Shown here piece by piece: positions 1 through 11,382 of a stretch of 64,000 nucleotides of DNA (position 1 is its first letter; each line of letters begins with the position of its first letter). Origin of the DNA: Lachnospiraceae bacterium (GTDB lineage Bacteria; Bacillota; Clostridia; Lachnospirales; Lachnospiraceae); contig JAILKJ010000039.1 of NCBI GenBank assembly GCA_024693845.1, positions 26,205 through 90,204 on the forward strand, written 5' to 3'. The notes beneath the pieces were generated by a model. That model was given only the letters and a program-made list of their open reading frames with translations, did no database searches and was not told the origin of the DNA. The translations under genes and the position numbers were made by a program.

Positions 1-540
1 GGCATTTTGTTTACGCTTCTTGCGGAAAGTGATAAAAAGCCTGTCCTGATCCTGGATGCGGATGCAATCAATCTGATCGCCTCGGATGAGAAACTGAAGA
101 TAGGTGCGTTGAATACAGGCTGTTCACTGATCCTTACGCCCCATATGATGGAGTTTGCACGGCTTACGGGTCTTACAATGGATCAGATCAGAAGGACGAG
201 AGTGGATGCGGCCTTAAAGGCGGCAAAGGATCTGGATGCAGTGGTGATCTTAAAGGATGCCGAGACCCTCATCGCATCACCGGAGGGCAAATTTGCCATC
301 AGCTCCGCGGGTAATGACGGGATGGCAGTGGCAGGCTGCGGAGATACGCTTCTTGGTATCGTCTCTTCCGTTGCAGGCAGGGTCAAAGATCCCTTCTTCG
401 GAGCGGTGTGCGGCGCTTACCTTCACGGCCTTGCGGGAGACAGGGCTGCAAAGCGCCTTGGCAGGAACAGCATGATGCCGTCGGATCTGGCAGATGAGCT
501 GCCCGCAATCATGAAAAAGACAGAAAGAAAGGTCAGATAG
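1..540 (+). CDS. NAD(P)H-hydrate dehydratase / YjeF C-terminal carbohydrate-kinase-like domain, 5-prime truncated by window edge
   Basis: The frame is open from base 1 to TAG at 538-540. Motifs seen: LILTPHMMEF, GNDGMAVAGCGDTLLG, GAYLHGLAGD. Confidence 0.8.
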   Translation, partial: GILFTLLAESDKKPVLILDADAINLIASDEKLKIGALNTGCSLILTPHMMEFARLTGLTMDQIRRTRVDAALKAAKDLDAVVILKDAETLIASPEGKFAISSAGNDGMAVAGCGDTLLGIVSSVAGRVKDPFFGAVCGAYLHGLAGDRAAKRLGRNSMMPSDLADELPAIMKKTERKVR

Positions 541-544
541 GGAA

Positions 545-1675
545 ATGGAGAAGAACAGAAGAGTCTGCGCCTATGTGGATCTGGGCGCCATGATCGACAA
601 TGTGAGAGCCATGAAGGCCAATATTGCAGAGGAGACGAAGATCATCGCCGTGATCAAAACCAACGGTTACGGACACGGCGCGCTTCCCATGGCAAAGCGG
701 CTGGAGGAGGAAGAGTGCATCTTCGGATATGCGGTAGCTACGGCTGAGGAGGCCCTTTCTCTGAGGGAAGAAGGGATAGCCAAACCCATCCTGATCCTGG
801 GATACGTATTCCCCGAGTATTATGAAGAGCTGATCGAAAAGGATGTCAGGATGACGCTGTTTCGCTACGATCAGATGGGGGAACTGGCAGTCCTGGGGAA
901 ACGGCTGGGTAAGGATGCCAAGGTTCACATCAAGGTGGACAGCGCCATGTCCCGGATCGGCATTTTTCCCGATGAGGACGGACTGGATTTCGTGGGAGCT
1001 GCAGTCAGTACCCAGGGACTGGAAACGGAGGGGCTCTTCACCCACTTTGCCAGAGCGGATGAAGCGGATAAAACCGCGGTCAACGCCCAGTTTGAACGCT
1101 TCAGCGGCTTTGTGGAGCAGGTGAAGGAACGTTTTCCGGGAGCTATAAAGTATTTCCATGCTTCCAACAGCGCAGGGATCATCGAACTGCCTCAGGCCAA
1201 TCTGGATCTGGTGCGGGCGGGTATCACCCTCTACGGCCTCTGGCCCTCCGACGAGGTGAGAAGGGATATCGTACCCCTTCGGCCGTTGATGAGTCTTAAG
1301 AGTCATATCGTATATATCAAAGAGATCAAACCGGGTACTTCGGTAAGCTACGGGGGCACTTTTACCGCAGATAAGAGAATGCGGATCGCCACCATCCCGG
1401 TGGGCTACGGAGACGGTTACCCCAGAGGACTGTCCAATAAGGGTTATGTATTGATCCGGGGCAGGCGGGCCCCCATCCTGGGCAGGGTCTGCATGGACCA
1501 GTTCATGGTGGATGTGACGGATATCCCCGATGTCGGGCAGGCTGATGAGGTGGTGCTGATCGGCAGGAGCGGTGAGGAGGAGATCACCATGGAGCAGCTG
1601 GGAGATCTTTCCGGTCGTTTCAACTATGAGCTGGCCTGTGATATTTCTCCCCGGGTACCCAGGGTGTATTTATAA
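545..1675 (+). CDS. alr: alanine racemase
   Basis: 376-aa ORF with the PLP-lysine motif AVIKTNGYGHG. Also PVGYGDGYPR and RVCMDQFMVD. Starts 5 nt after the upstream stop. Confidence 0.93.
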   Translation: MEKNRRVCAYVDLGAMIDNVRAMKANIAEETKIIAVIKTNGYGHGALPMAKRLEEEECIFGYAVATAEEALSLREEGIAKPILILGYVFPEYYEELIEKDVRMTLFRYDQMGELAVLGKRLGKDAKVHIKVDSAMSRIGIFPDEDGLDFVGAAVSTQGLETEGLFTHFARADEADKTAVNAQFERFSGFVEQVKERFPGAIKYFHASNSAGIIELPQANLDLVRAGITLYGLWPSDEVRRDIVPLRPLMSLKSHIVYIKEIKPGTSVSYGGTFTADKRMRIATIPVGYGDGYPRGLSNKGYVLIRGRRAPILGRVCMDQFMVDVTDIPDVGQADEVVLIGRSGEEEITMEQLGDLSGRFNYELACDISPRVPRVYL

Positions 1676-1754
1676 AAAACACGAGTTTTTGTGGCATGGT
1701 TTGACTAGAGCCACTAGAAATGGTATATTAATTAGAGTGCGCCCGTATGCGCAC

Positions 1755-2627
1755 ATGGAAAGAGGTGTTTTTTTGCTGCTGGGGAAACGTGCAAAACAAC
1801 AGTCGGAAGAAGAGATCATCTCCATGGTGGACGAAGGCCATGAACAGGGCGTTTTTCTGGAAAACGAAGCGGAGATGATCCACAATATCTTTGCCTTTTC
1901 CGACAAATGCGCAGCCGACATCATGACGCATCGCGGCAGTATCGTGGCCATCGATGCCAATATGTCCCTGAAGGCGGCCTATGATTTCATGCTTGCATCC
2001 CATAACAGCCGGTTCCCCGTATACGAGGAGAATCTGGATCATATCATCGGTCTGGTGCATTTTAAGGATGTCTGCCGGAATCTGGCAGGCGGACGCAATG
2101 ACCGCAAGAAGGTGAGGACGATCCCGGGGCTGGTAAGGAGCGTGCGTTTCATTCCCGAAACCCGCAAGCTCAACAATCTGTTCGAGGGCATGCAGGCTAC
2201 CAAGACGCACCTTGTGATCGTCATAGACGAATACGGCCAGACATCCGGGCTGGTGGCTATGGAGGATATACTTGAGGAGATCGTAGGTGAGATCCTGGAT
2301 GAGTATGACGAGGAGGATAACTCCATTACGGAGAAAGGGGAGGACCGTTATGAGATCGATGGTCTGACCGGACTCGAGGACCTGGGCAAAAGGCTGGGCA
2401 TCGAGTTTCATGAAGAAGATATTGAAACCCTCAACGGTCTGATGACCGCCAGACTCGGGCATGTTCCCGCGGATGACGAGATCGTGGAGACGGATTACGG
2501 AGGGTATCATTTCAAAAGCCTGTCGGTCAGCGGCAGGGTGATCCGTGAGGTTCTGGTGACCAAGTCACAGCCGGCGGAGGATGAGGGTAAAGCAAAAGCA
2601 GTAACAAAGGAACAAAAGGACAGTTAA
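1755..2627 (+). CDS. CBS-pair plus CorC/HlyC C-terminal domain protein (hemolysin-family, no DUF21 membrane domain)
   Basis: The track ORF starts at 1572 inside alr. The first ATG after the alr stop is 1755. Seen: CBS-pair region (IMTHRGSIVAID, SRFPVY, IIGLVHFKD) and C-terminal transporter-associated domain (YEIDGLTGLEDL). Confidence 0.8.
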   Translation: MERGVFLLLGKRAKQQSEEEIISMVDEGHEQGVFLENEAEMIHNIFAFSDKCAADIMTHRGSIVAIDANMSLKAAYDFMLASHNSRFPVYEENLDHIIGLVHFKDVCRNLAGGRNDRKKVRTIPGLVRSVRFIPETRKLNNLFEGMQATKTHLVIVIDEYGQTSGLVAMEDILEEIVGEILDEYDEEDNSITEKGEDRYEIDGLTGLEDLGKRLGIEFHEEDIETLNGLMTARLGHVPADDEIVETDYGGYHFKSLSVSGRVIREVLVTKSQPAEDEGKAKAVTKEQKDS

Positions 2628-2636
2628 GGAGGCAAC

Positions 2637-3368
2637 ATGTCAGGACATTCTAAATTTTCCAACATCAAGCACAAAAAGGAGAAAAACGATGCGGCCAAGG
2701 GTAAGGTCTTTACCATCATCGGCCGTGAGATCGCAGTAGCAGTTAAGGAGGGCGGTCCGGATCCGGCCAACAACTTCAAGCTGGCAACCGTTATCGCCAA
2801 GGCTAAGGCAAACAACATGCCCAACGATACCATCGAGCGCGGTATCAAGAAGGCAGCCGGAGAGGGAAGCGGCGTGAATTACGAGCAGGTAACCTACGAA
2901 GGCTACGGCCCCGGCGGTATCGCAGTGATCGTTGATGCGCTTACCGATAACAAGAACCGTACCGCGGCAAACGTAAGAAGCGCTTTTACCAAGGGAAGCG
3001 GCAGCATCGGAACCCAGGGCTGCGTATCTTTTATGTTTGACAAGAAGGGTCAGATCATCATCGACAAGGAAGAGTGCGAGATGGAAGCGGATGATCTGAT
3101 GATGATGGCGCTGGATGCCGGTGCGGAGGATTTTTCCGAAGAAGACGACAGCTTTGAGATCGTGACCACCCCCGAGGATTTCCAGGCGGTTTACGATGCG
3201 CTGAATGAGGGCAAGATCCCCATGGCTCAGGCAGAGATCACCATGATTCCTCAGAACTATGTGACCCTGTCTGATGAGAACGACATCAAGCAGTTCAACA
3301 GAACACTGGATCTGCTGGATGATGACGATGATGTACAGGCTGTTTACCACAACTGGGAGGAAGCGTAA
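2637..3368 (+). CDS. YebC/PmpR family DNA-binding transcriptional regulator
   Basis: N-terminus [26 protein letters not shown] is diagnostic. 243 aa. RBS AAGGAGG upstream. Confidence 0.93.
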   Translation: MSGHSKFSNIKHKKEKNDAAKGKVFTIIGREIAVAVKEGGPDPANNFKLATVIAKAKANNMPNDTIERGIKKAAGEGSGVNYEQVTYEGYGPGGIAVIVDALTDNKNRTAANVRSAFTKGSGSIGTQGCVSFMFDKKGQIIIDKEECEMEADDLMMMALDAGAEDFSEEDDSFEIVTTPEDFQAVYDALNEGKIPMAQAEITMIPQNYVTLSDENDIKQFNRTLDLLDDDDDVQAVYHNWEEA

Positions 3369-3373
3369 CGCTT

Positions 3374-4318
3374 ATGAACAACAAACTGGCGATAGTTGTA
3401 CCCTGCTATAACGAAGAGGAAATGCTGCCCATCACCACCAAGGAGCTGGGAGATGTTTTAGCGCGCCTGAAGGGCAAGGGCAAGATCGCCGAGGACAGCT
3501 TTGTCCTCTATGTGGACGACGGAAGCAAGGATAAGACCTGGGAACTGATCGAGGGCTTCCACGCTGAGCATGATTATATCCGCGGTCTGAAGCTGGCCGG
3601 TAACGTGGGCCATCAGTTCGCGCTGACGGCGGGACTTGTGACTGCCTGCGAGGATGCGGATATGCTGATCTCCATCGATGCGGATCTGCAGGATGATACG
3701 CTGGTAATGGAGGAGATGATCGATAAGTACGCAGCGGGCTGCGATATCGTTTACGGTGTCCGCAATGACCGCAAGAGGGATTCCCTCTTCAAGCGCACCA
3801 CGGCGCAGATGTTTTACAAGCTTCTGGCGGCCATGGGAGTACGTACGATCTATAACCACGCGGATTTCCGCCTGATGAGCCGTCGCGCCGTAGAGAGCTT
3901 TTCCCAGTACAAGGAGACCAACCTCTACATCCGCGGCATCGTTCCGATGCTGGGCTATCAGACGGATTGCGTATATTATGAGAGAAAAGAGAGGGTGGCG
4001 GGTGAATCCAAATACCCGTTGAATAAAATGCTGTCCCTTGCCTGGAACGGTATCACCTCTTTTTCCGTGAAACCCATCAACTTTGTGATGACTATCGGTG
4101 TCATTATCGTGGCCTTTTCCATACTGGCCGCCATCTATGCCCTGATCTCCTACGGGACGGGACATGTGGTAGCCGGCTGGACGTCGCTGATACTGTCCAT
4201 CTGGTTTTTGGGCGGCCTGCAGCTGTTTGCCATTGGGCTGGTGGGTCAGTACATCGGTAAGATCTATCTGGAGGTTAAGCACAGACCCAGATATCAGATC
4301 GAAAAGAAGCTGGATTAA
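3374..4318 (+). CDS. family 2 glycosyltransferase, GtrB / polyprenyl-phosphate glycosyltransferase-like with two C-terminal TM helices
   Basis: Motifs IVVPCYNEE, YVDDGSKD and SIDADLQD (DXD). Hydrophobic C-terminal third. Confidence 0.85.
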   Translation: MNNKLAIVVPCYNEEEMLPITTKELGDVLARLKGKGKIAEDSFVLYVDDGSKDKTWELIEGFHAEHDYIRGLKLAGNVGHQFALTAGLVTACEDADMLISIDADLQDDTLVMEEMIDKYAAGCDIVYGVRNDRKRDSLFKRTTAQMFYKLLAAMGVRTIYNHADFRLMSRRAVESFSQYKETNLYIRGIVPMLGYQTDCVYYERKERVAGESKYPLNKMLSLAWNGITSFSVKPINFVMTIGVIIVAFSILAAIYALISYGTGHVVAGWTSLILSIWFLGGLQLFAIGLVGQYIGKIYLEVKHRPRYQIEKKLD

Positions 4319-4344
4319 AGAGCCGGCTAAAGGAGGCAGCGGAT

Positions 4345-4527
4345 ATGAAGGAAATGCAAACCCCTTCCGAAGGATCACAGAGCGGCAGCGGAATGATCAA
4401 GAATCCCCTGCCCGGTCCCACGCCCCATACCAAGCGGGATGGCGTGGATTATGATTACGAGGTTCCGGAGGATAAGATGCACTACGATCTGGAAGAGATC
4501 ACCCGGAATTACTACGACATTCAATAG
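4345..4527 (+). CDS. small acidic hypothetical protein (60 aa)
   Basis: Strong RBS AAAGGAGG 8 nt before the ATG. Fills the gap between the GT2 gene and ftsK. No family recognised. Confidence 0.45.
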   Translation: MKEMQTPSEGSQSGSGMIKNPLPGPTPHTKRDGVDYDYEVPEDKMHYDLEEITRNYYDIQ

Positions 4528-4535
4528 GAGAAAGC

Positions 4536-7256
4536 ATGGCAGCAACGCAGAAAAAAAAGCGGGCGAGCCGTAAAAGACCCCAGAAGAGGAAAGAAGGCTT
4601 CAGTGTTGAGGTAAGAGACGAAGTCATCCTCTGGGTGGGACTGGCAGTGACCAGCTTGCTTTTTTTATGTAATTTCCATCTGATCGGAAAGGCCGGTGAC
4701 GCCGTTAGTGGGGTCATGTTCGGTCTTTTTGGGCTACTTGCATATCTGTTTCCGCCCTTTTTGTTCATCGGTGTCCTTTTTATCTGGGTCAATCTCGGAA
4801 GAAAAACGGCACTGATCAAGGAGATCTGCGGGTTTATGCTGTTCCTCGTGACGGAGGTGCTGCTTTCCTGTATTACCGGACTTGATAAGATCGGAACCAC
4901 AGCCCGGGAAAACTATGCCTATGCCAAGGAGCATATCTTTTCCGGAGGCCTGGTGGGAGGAAGCATTGCAAGAGCACTGGAAAAGGGCATCGGCGTTGTG
5001 GGTGTCATATTCCTGATGCTGATCCTTTTGATCATCTGTATTGTGCTGATGACCGAAAAGAGCCTGATCAGTCTGATCACGGAAGGCAGCAGAAAGCTCT
5101 ATGATACAGCCCGGGAGGATGTGGCATACCGGATCGACAGAAACGAAGAGCTCTATGAAGCCAGACAGGAAAGAGCCGAGAGACGCCGTGAGATCCGGGA
5201 AGAAAGAGAAAAACGCAGAATGGATCGGAAGGCATCCGGTGTTACCCTGGATACCGATCTGACTCCCGACGATAAAGATAAAGCTGCGACGCCGGCACAG
5301 GAAGCAAGGCCGGATAAACGCGATCGCATCAGACAGAGGATCCTTCCCGAGGAAGCGGATGAGATGCAGGAGCTGACCCTGGAAGAGATATCCCAGCAGA
5401 TCCGCATTACAGGTCTGGATAACGAGATCCCGGAGGATGATGTGGTTTCCGATATGGAGCCTCTTTTCCCTGAGGAAGAGGTTGAAAAGCCTAAACGTCG
5501 CCATAAGATCGAGATCCGGGAGGCAAGAGAGCACGAGGGCAGCGAAGATCCGGATATGATGCAGATCTCCGAGGCTCTGATGCAGCAGGCGGATGTGCTG
5601 ACGGCCCAGGAGAGCGGAGTGCAGGAGCCAGGCATCGGCATCACCCCGGCAGGTCGGTCCGTCATTGAGGCAGCCGGGATTGCGACCTCTCATGAGACCA
5701 CCGCAAATGCTGCAACTACAACAAATACCGCATTGGCAGCAAGCGCTGAACCTGCCGCGCCTGCCAAGCCCAAGCCCCGGCCGAAGCCTTACAGGATCCC
5801 TCCTGTCAGCCTGCTGAAAGCCGGCGCAAAGAAAAGCGGCGGCAGCTCCGAGAAGGAACTGCGAGAAACCGCCAGAATGCTGGAGAGTACCCTTGAGACC
5901 TTTAAGGTCAATGCCAGGGTGACGGATATCAGCAAGGGTCCTGCCGTGACCCGCTACGAGCTGCAGCCGGAGCCCGGTGTCAAGGTATCCAGGATCGTAT
6001 CCCTGACGGATGATCTGAAGCTGGCCCTGGCCGCTACCGATATCAGGATCGAAGCCCCGATCCCCGGCAAATCCGCCGTTGGTATCGAGGTACCGAATAA
6101 GGAAAACACCATGGTCACCCTCCGGGAGCTCATTGATTCCTCCCAGTTTAAGGAATCGGAGTCCAGGCTGTCCTTTGCGGTAGGCAAGGACATTGCGGGA
6201 AAAGTGGTAGCCACGGATATCGCCAAGATGCCCCATGTGCTCATCGCAGGCTCTACGGGCTCCGGTAAATCCGTATGTATCAATACGCTGATTATGAGTA
6301 TTTTGTATAAGGCAAGGCCCGATGAGGTCAAGCTCATCATGGTGGACCCGAAGGTGGTGGAGCTGAGCGTTTACAACGGTATCCCCCATCTGCTTCTTCC
6401 CGTGGTAACGGATCCCAAGAAAGCGGCCGCTGCCCTGCAATGGGGCGTTTCCGAGATGATGGACCGTTATAAGAAGTTCGAGGATCAGGGAGTAAGGGAT
6501 CTGAAGGGCTATAATGCCAAGATGGAGCAGCTGAATGACAACAACGGTCAAAGCGTGGAAAAGCTGCCTCAGATCGTTATCATCGTAGACGAGCTTGCCG
6601 ACCTGATGATGGTGGCAGCAGGCGAAGTGGAGGATTCCATCTGCCGCCTGGCACAGCTGGCCAGAGCCGCAGGTATCCATCTGGTCATCGCCACCCAGAG
6701 ACCCTCCGTGGATGTTATCACCGGTCTTATCAAGGCCAACATGCCCAGCCGTATCGCTTTTGCCGTATCCTCCGGCGTGGATTCCAGGACTATCCTGGAT
6801 ATGGTGGGTGCCGAGAAGCTTCTGGGAAAGGGCGACATGCTCTTTTATCCCCAGGGTTATCCGAAGCCGGTCCGGATTCAGGGAGCCTTTGTTTCGGATA
6901 AGGAAGTAGCCGATGTGGTAGATTTCCTGAAGCAGTTCACGGTGGAAGGTGCGGAAGAAGATGATGAGGTGCTGAGCAAGCTGGAGCAGATCCAGCAGGG
7001 AGGCGGCGCCGACGGCGAAAGTCGTGAGGGCGATGAGAGAGACGCCTATTTTGCGGATGCCGGAAGATTCATAATCGAGAAAGAGAAGGCATCCATCGGT
7101 ATGCTCCAGAGAGTGTTTAAGATCGGATTTAACCGGGCCGCCAGGATCATGGACCAGCTGGCGGATTACGGAGTAGTGGGGCCGGAGGAGGGCACCAAGC
7201 CCAGAAAGATCCTCATGAGCCTGAGTGAGTTTGAGCAGCTGTTGGAAGAAATCTGA
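4536..7256 (+). CDS. ftsK: DNA translocase FtsK/SpoIIIE
   Basis: 906 aa. N-terminal TM helices, a long charged/Pro-rich linker, the motor domain with Walker A GSTGSGKS, and a C-terminal gamma winged-helix ([20 protein letters not shown]). Confidence 0.95.
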   Translation: MAATQKKKRASRKRPQKRKEGFSVEVRDEVILWVGLAVTSLLFLCNFHLIGKAGDAVSGVMFGLFGLLAYLFPPFLFIGVLFIWVNLGRKTALIKEICGFMLFLVTEVLLSCITGLDKIGTTARENYAYAKEHIFSGGLVGGSIARALEKGIGVVGVIFLMLILLIICIVLMTEKSLISLITEGSRKLYDTAREDVAYRIDRNEELYEARQERAERRREIREEREKRRMDRKASGVTLDTDLTPDDKDKAATPAQEARPDKRDRIRQRILPEEADEMQELTLEEISQQIRITGLDNEIPEDDVVSDMEPLFPEEEVEKPKRRHKIEIREAREHEGSEDPDMMQISEALMQQADVLTAQESGVQEPGIGITPAGRSVIEAAGIATSHETTANAATTTNTALAASAEPAAPAKPKPRPKPYRIPPVSLLKAGAKKSGGSSEKELRETARMLESTLETFKVNARVTDISKGPAVTRYELQPEPGVKVSRIVSLTDDLKLALAATDIRIEAPIPGKSAVGIEVPNKENTMVTLRELIDSSQFKESESRLSFAVGKDIAGKVVATDIAKMPHVLIAGSTGSGKSVCINTLIMSILYKARPDEVKLIMVDPKVVELSVYNGIPHLLLPVVTDPKKAAAALQWGVSEMMDRYKKFEDQGVRDLKGYNAKMEQLNDNNGQSVEKLPQIVIIVDELADLMMVAAGEVEDSICRLAQLARAAGIHLVIATQRPSVDVITGLIKANMPSRIAFAVSSGVDSRTILDMVGAEKLLGKGDMLFYPQGYPKPVRIQGAFVSDKEVADVVDFLKQFTVEGAEEDDEVLSKLEQIQQGGGADGESREGDERDAYFADAGRFIIEKEKASIGMLQRVFKIGFNRAARIMDQLADYGVVGPEEGTKPRKILMSLSEFEQLLEEI

Positions 7257-7269
7257 TAAGGAGAATCGC

Positions 7270-8937
7270 ATGAAGTCAGACATTGAGATCGCACAGGAAG
7301 CGGTGATGGAACCGATCACCAAGGTGGCAGAGAGCATTGGACTTTCGGATGACGATATCGAATGTTACGGCAAATACAAGGCCAAGCTTTCCGATGAGGC
7401 CTTAAGCCGCCTTGCGGGTAAGAAGAAAGCCAAGCTGATCCTGGTTACGGCAGTAAACCCCACCCCTGCAGGGGAGGGTAAGACCACCACTACTGTTGGT
7501 TTGGGAGATGCTCTTTCCAGGATGGGTAAAAAGACGGTTATAGCACTTAGGGAGCCTTCCCTGGGGCCCTGTTTCGGTATCAAGGGCGGAGCAGCCGGCG
7601 GCGGCTATGCACAGGTGGTACCCATGGAAGAGCTGAACCTGCATTTTACCGGAGATTTCCATGCGGTGACCAGCGCCAACAACCTGCTGGCAGCCGTTCT
7701 GGACAATCATATCCAGCAGGGTAACGAGCTGGATATCGATACCAGAAACATTGTCTGGAAGCGTTGCCTGGACATGAACGACCGCGCCCTGAGGAACATC
7801 GTCATCGGCATGGGCGGCAAGGCAAACGGCTATGTGAGAGAGGATCATTTCATCATCACCGTAGCCTCCGAGATCATGGCAATTCTATGTCTTGCTGAGG
7901 ATATGAAGGATCTGAAGGACCGCTTTTCCAGGATCATCGTAGCCTATGATAAGAAAAACAACCCCGTTACGGCGGGGGATCTGAAAGCGGTAGGTGCCAT
8001 GGCGGCGCTGCTCAAGGATGCCATCCGTCCCAACCTGATCCAGACCCTGGAGCATACACCGGCCTTTGTACACGGCGGTCCCTTTGCCAATATCGCTCAC
8101 GGATGTAACTCCGTAAGGGCCACCAAGGCAGCTATGGCACTGGGAGATTACGTGGTTACCGAGGCGGGCTTCGGTTCCGACCTGGGGGGTGAGAAATTCC
8201 TGGATATCAAATGCCGCCTCAGCAATCTGCAGCCGGATGCCATAGTTATAGTTGCAACAATACGAGCTTTAAAATATAATGGCGGTGTGCCGAAGGCAGA
8301 GCTTAATAAGGAAAACCTGGATGCCCTTAAGACAGGCATTGTAAATCTTGAGAAGCATATTGCCAATATGCAGCTCTACGGAGTGCCCGTTGTTGTGACG
8401 CTGAACGCTTTTGCCACGGACACGGAGCAGGAAACCGCATTCGTAAGGGATTTCTGCAATAAGATGGGCGCAAGCTTTGCTCTTTCCGAGGTTTGGGAAA
8501 AGGGCGGCGAAGGCGGAATGGCCCTGGCAAATGAGGTTGAGAAGGCCCTTGAAAAGCAGGGCAGCTTTACCCCGCTTTATCCGGATGAGCTGAGCCTGAA
8601 GGAGAAGATGGAGACCGTTGCAAGGAAGATCTACGGCGCTGACGGCATAGCCCTTACCCCGGCTGCAACCAAGCAGCTGAAGCGTCTGGAGGAGCTGGGA
8701 TTCGGAAAGCTTCCCGTATGCATGGCCAAGACCCAGTATTCCCTTTCAGACGATCCGTCGCTTTTGGGCAGACCCGAAGGCTTTACGGTAACGGTACGTG
8801 AGGTTTATGTTTCCGCAGGCGCGGGTTTTGTGGTAGCATTGACCGGAGACGTGATGACAATGCCGGGACTTTCCAAAGATCCGGCTGCATACCATATCGA
8901 TGTAAACGAAGACGGCAGGATCACGGGCCTGTTCTGA
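7270..8937 (+). CDS. fhs: formate--tetrahydrofolate ligase
   Basis: MKSDIEIAQ start at 7270 (the track start 7225 overlaps ftsK). P-loop-like [15 protein letters not shown]. 555 aa. Confidence 0.95.
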   Translation: MKSDIEIAQEAVMEPITKVAESIGLSDDDIECYGKYKAKLSDEALSRLAGKKKAKLILVTAVNPTPAGEGKTTTTVGLGDALSRMGKKTVIALREPSLGPCFGIKGGAAGGGYAQVVPMEELNLHFTGDFHAVTSANNLLAAVLDNHIQQGNELDIDTRNIVWKRCLDMNDRALRNIVIGMGGKANGYVREDHFIITVASEIMAILCLAEDMKDLKDRFSRIIVAYDKKNNPVTAGDLKAVGAMAALLKDAIRPNLIQTLEHTPAFVHGGPFANIAHGCNSVRATKAAMALGDYVVTEAGFGSDLGGEKFLDIKCRLSNLQPDAIVIVATIRALKYNGGVPKAELNKENLDALKTGIVNLEKHIANMQLYGVPVVVTLNAFATDTEQETAFVRDFCNKMGASFALSEVWEKGGEGGMALANEVEKALEKQGSFTPLYPDELSLKEKMETVARKIYGADGIALTPAATKQLKRLEELGFGKLPVCMAKTQYSLSDDPSLLGRPEGFTVTVREVYVSAGAGFVVALTGDVMTMPGLSKDPAAYHIDVNEDGRITGLF

Positions 8938-8969
8938 GGCGATCCCTTTTACAGCAAGGAGATAACAAG

Positions 8970-9806
8970 ATGAAACTGATAGACGGAAAAGCGATCTCGC
9001 AGCAGATCAAAGATGAAGTAAAGGATAAAGTGGCCAAGATGAAAGCCGAAGGGAAGGAAGTCGCGCTGGCGGTGATCCTTGTGGGAGACGATCCGGCTTC
9101 GGCTGTATATGTGGGAAATAAGAAAAAGGCCTGCGAATATACGGGTATCCGTTCGGAAAGCTACGAGCTTCCCGCCGATACCTCCCAGGAAAAAGTGCTT
9201 GCCCTCATTGATGAGCTCAACAACAGAGAGGATATCCAGGGGATCCTGGTGCAGCTTCCTCTTCCCAAGCAGATCGATGAGAAGGCGGTGATCGATGCCA
9301 TTTCACCCGATAAGGATGTGGATGGTTTTCATCCTGTATCCGTGGGACGTCTTTCCATCGGTGAGAAGGGCTTCCTTCCCTGTACGCCTGCCGGCGTGAT
9401 CGAGCTGATCAAACGGAGCGGTATCGAGACGGAAGGCAAGCATTGCGTAGTGATCGGCCGCAGCAATATCGTCGGAAAGCCCATGGCGCTTCTGATGCTG
9501 CGTGAGAACGCCACCGTGACCATCTGCCATTCCCGTACGAAGGATCTGAAGGAAATCTGTAAGAGTGCCGATATCCTCATCGCTGCCGTAGGCAAGCCGA
9601 AGATGGTCGACCGAAGCTATGTTAAGGAAGGCGCCTGCGTCATCGACGTGGGGATCCACAGACTGGAAGGCAAGAAGCTTTGCGGAGACGTGGATTTTGA
9701 TGATGTTAAGGATGTGGCAGGAGCCATCACTCCGGTTCCCGGAGGAGTAGGTCCCATGACCATTGCCATGCTGATGAAGAACTGTGCCGAAAGCCTGGAG
9801 GCATAA
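8970..9806 (+). CDS. folD: bifunctional methylenetetrahydrofolate dehydrogenase / methenyltetrahydrofolate cyclohydrolase
   Basis: 278 aa. Motifs [36 protein letters not shown]. Directly follows fhs. Confidence 0.95.
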   Translation: MKLIDGKAISQQIKDEVKDKVAKMKAEGKEVALAVILVGDDPASAVYVGNKKKACEYTGIRSESYELPADTSQEKVLALIDELNNREDIQGILVQLPLPKQIDEKAVIDAISPDKDVDGFHPVSVGRLSIGEKGFLPCTPAGVIELIKRSGIETEGKHCVVIGRSNIVGKPMALLMLRENATVTICHSRTKDLKEICKSADILIAAVGKPKMVDRSYVKEGACVIDVGIHRLEGKKLCGDVDFDDVKDVAGAITPVPGGVGPMTIAMLMKNCAESLEA

Positions 9807-9842
9807 AGCGTTTTACACTGTAACGGACCGGGGAGAAATACT

Positions 9843-11351
9843 ATGATCTGTCCGCATTGCAAAAAGCCCATGCCTGACGAGGCTCTCTTCTGTGAGAACT
9901 GCGGCAAGGAACGTCAGCTTGTTCCGGAATTTGAAGCAGAGATCAATGAGAGCCTGGAAGATGCCATATCCAGCATCGCAGTAGACCTGGCCAATACCCA
10001 GGAGATCGTACCGCAGGATCTGGCAAGGCATGAAGTGATAAAAGAGCAACTGAATATTGAAGCTGAAAAGACGATGGTAAAAGAGCCTGCCGAAGAGGAA
10101 ACAAAAGGCAGGAAGGAAGGCTCTGCCCTGGGCAGAAGAGTGCTGATCATCGTGGGAGTGGGTGTCATCCTGATCCTGCTGACCGCAGTTTTCATCAACC
10201 GCTTTCTTTCGCCGGTGGACACCTCCAGCTATGAGTATCAGCTGGAACAGGCCAAGTTGTACGAGAGCCAGGGGAATTATGAGCAGATGCTGTTGCATTC
10301 CAGAAGAGCTTCGGAGATCGCGGCCAATTCCTCGGATGCCAAGATGATGGTAGCCAAGGCCTATGCCGGTCTGGGAAGGACGGAGGAGCAGAAGATCGTG
10401 CTGGAGGGGCTGATCATTACGGATCCCACTTTTGCCGATGCCTATCAGATGCTTATTCCCATGTATGAAAGCGGGCAGGAATATGATAAGATAGCCAAGC
10501 TTTTGGAAAATTGTCCCGATCAGACGGTCATCGATAAATACTCCATATACATCGCCAATCCACCGGAGTTTTCCCTTGAACCGGGCATTTATGAGGAATC
10601 CGCTTCCCTGAAATTGCTTGCAAGCGGCGCCGGTACCATATATTATACAACAGACGGCAGCACGCCGGATGAGACCAGTCAGGTGTATACTGTGCCCATC
10701 ATCCTGGGAGAAGGAACCTACAAGATCAGCTGTATCTATTGTAACAGCTACGGGATCCTCAGCGAGGTGAGCCAGGCGCAATACACCATCACCCATCAGG
10801 AAGGTGAAACGGTGCTTCCGGAGGTTAAGCCCGAGACGGGAAGCTATAACCAGCCCCAGATCATCACCGTTGAAATGCCGGAAGAAGGCTATCAGATCTA
10901 TTACACCACCGACGGCAGTGATCCCGGTCTGGAAAGCAAGGTCTATTCCAAGCCCATCCCCATGCCGTTGGGAGAGAGTCATTATAAGTTTGCACTTTTT
11001 GATGAGGACGGCAACGGAAGCGAGAGTGTAGAAGTCAGCTACCAGCTGGCCATGCAGCTGGAACTTGACACGGAGCAGGCAAGAAATCTGCTGACCCAGG
11101 CACTCATCGGCAACGGCAGTCTGATCTCGCCTCAGGGAGATATCGAAGGCGGCGGAGGCAGAAGGACCTACAGCGCGGATTCCGTCTTTATCCAGTCCGA
11201 CGGATACTATTATCTGCTGGTGGAAAGCTTTGAATCCGATGACGGAACGGTACAAAGCACCGGCAACATGTACGCGGTCAGTGCTTCCACAGGTCAGAGC
11301 TACACCGTAACAGAGGATGAAATGGGCCGATTCCATTTAGGCTCACTTTAG
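9843..11351 (+). CDS. zinc-ribbon / single-pass membrane / TPR / 2x chitobiase-FN3-associated-like domain protein
   Basis: N-terminal CPHC..x..CENC ribbon, one TM helix (VLIIVGVGVILILLTAVFI), TPR-like helices, then two IYYTTDGS.P motifs typical of CHB_HEX_C/FN3-associated modules. Confidence 0.7.
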   Translation: MICPHCKKPMPDEALFCENCGKERQLVPEFEAEINESLEDAISSIAVDLANTQEIVPQDLARHEVIKEQLNIEAEKTMVKEPAEEETKGRKEGSALGRRVLIIVGVGVILILLTAVFINRFLSPVDTSSYEYQLEQAKLYESQGNYEQMLLHSRRASEIAANSSDAKMMVAKAYAGLGRTEEQKIVLEGLIITDPTFADAYQMLIPMYESGQEYDKIAKLLENCPDQTVIDKYSIYIANPPEFSLEPGIYEESASLKLLASGAGTIYYTTDGSTPDETSQVYTVPIILGEGTYKISCIYCNSYGILSEVSQAQYTITHQEGETVLPEVKPETGSYNQPQIITVEMPEEGYQIYYTTDGSDPGLESKVYSKPIPMPLGESHYKFALFDEDGNGSESVEVSYQLAMQLELDTEQARNLLTQALIGNGSLISPQGDIEGGGGRRTYSADSVFIQSDGYYYLLVESFESDDGTVQSTGNMYAVSASTGQSYTVTEDEMGRFHLGSL

Positions 11352-11382
11352 ATAAAGGATTTATGAGGAGGAAAAACGAAAA

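Noticed and set aside
1572-1754. N-terminal extensions of several track ORFs (1572, 7225, 12255, 33108, 34826, 38198, 41854, 42501, 59469)
   Set aside because: Each extension overlaps the preceding gene, a promoter or a terminator. Each contains a downstream start with an RBS at which the recognisable homology begins.
4734-7337. 867-aa ORF on the minus strand, opposite ftsK
   Set aside because: It is antisense to a gene with unmistakable FtsK motifs. The translation is low-complexity (Gly/Arg/His/Leu-rich) with no motifs. This is a typical shadow ORF of GC-rich coding DNA. The same reasoning applies to 9813-11336, 15504-16886, 28307-30217, 34880-36025, 42561-43646 (all minus) and 46692-47753 (plus).
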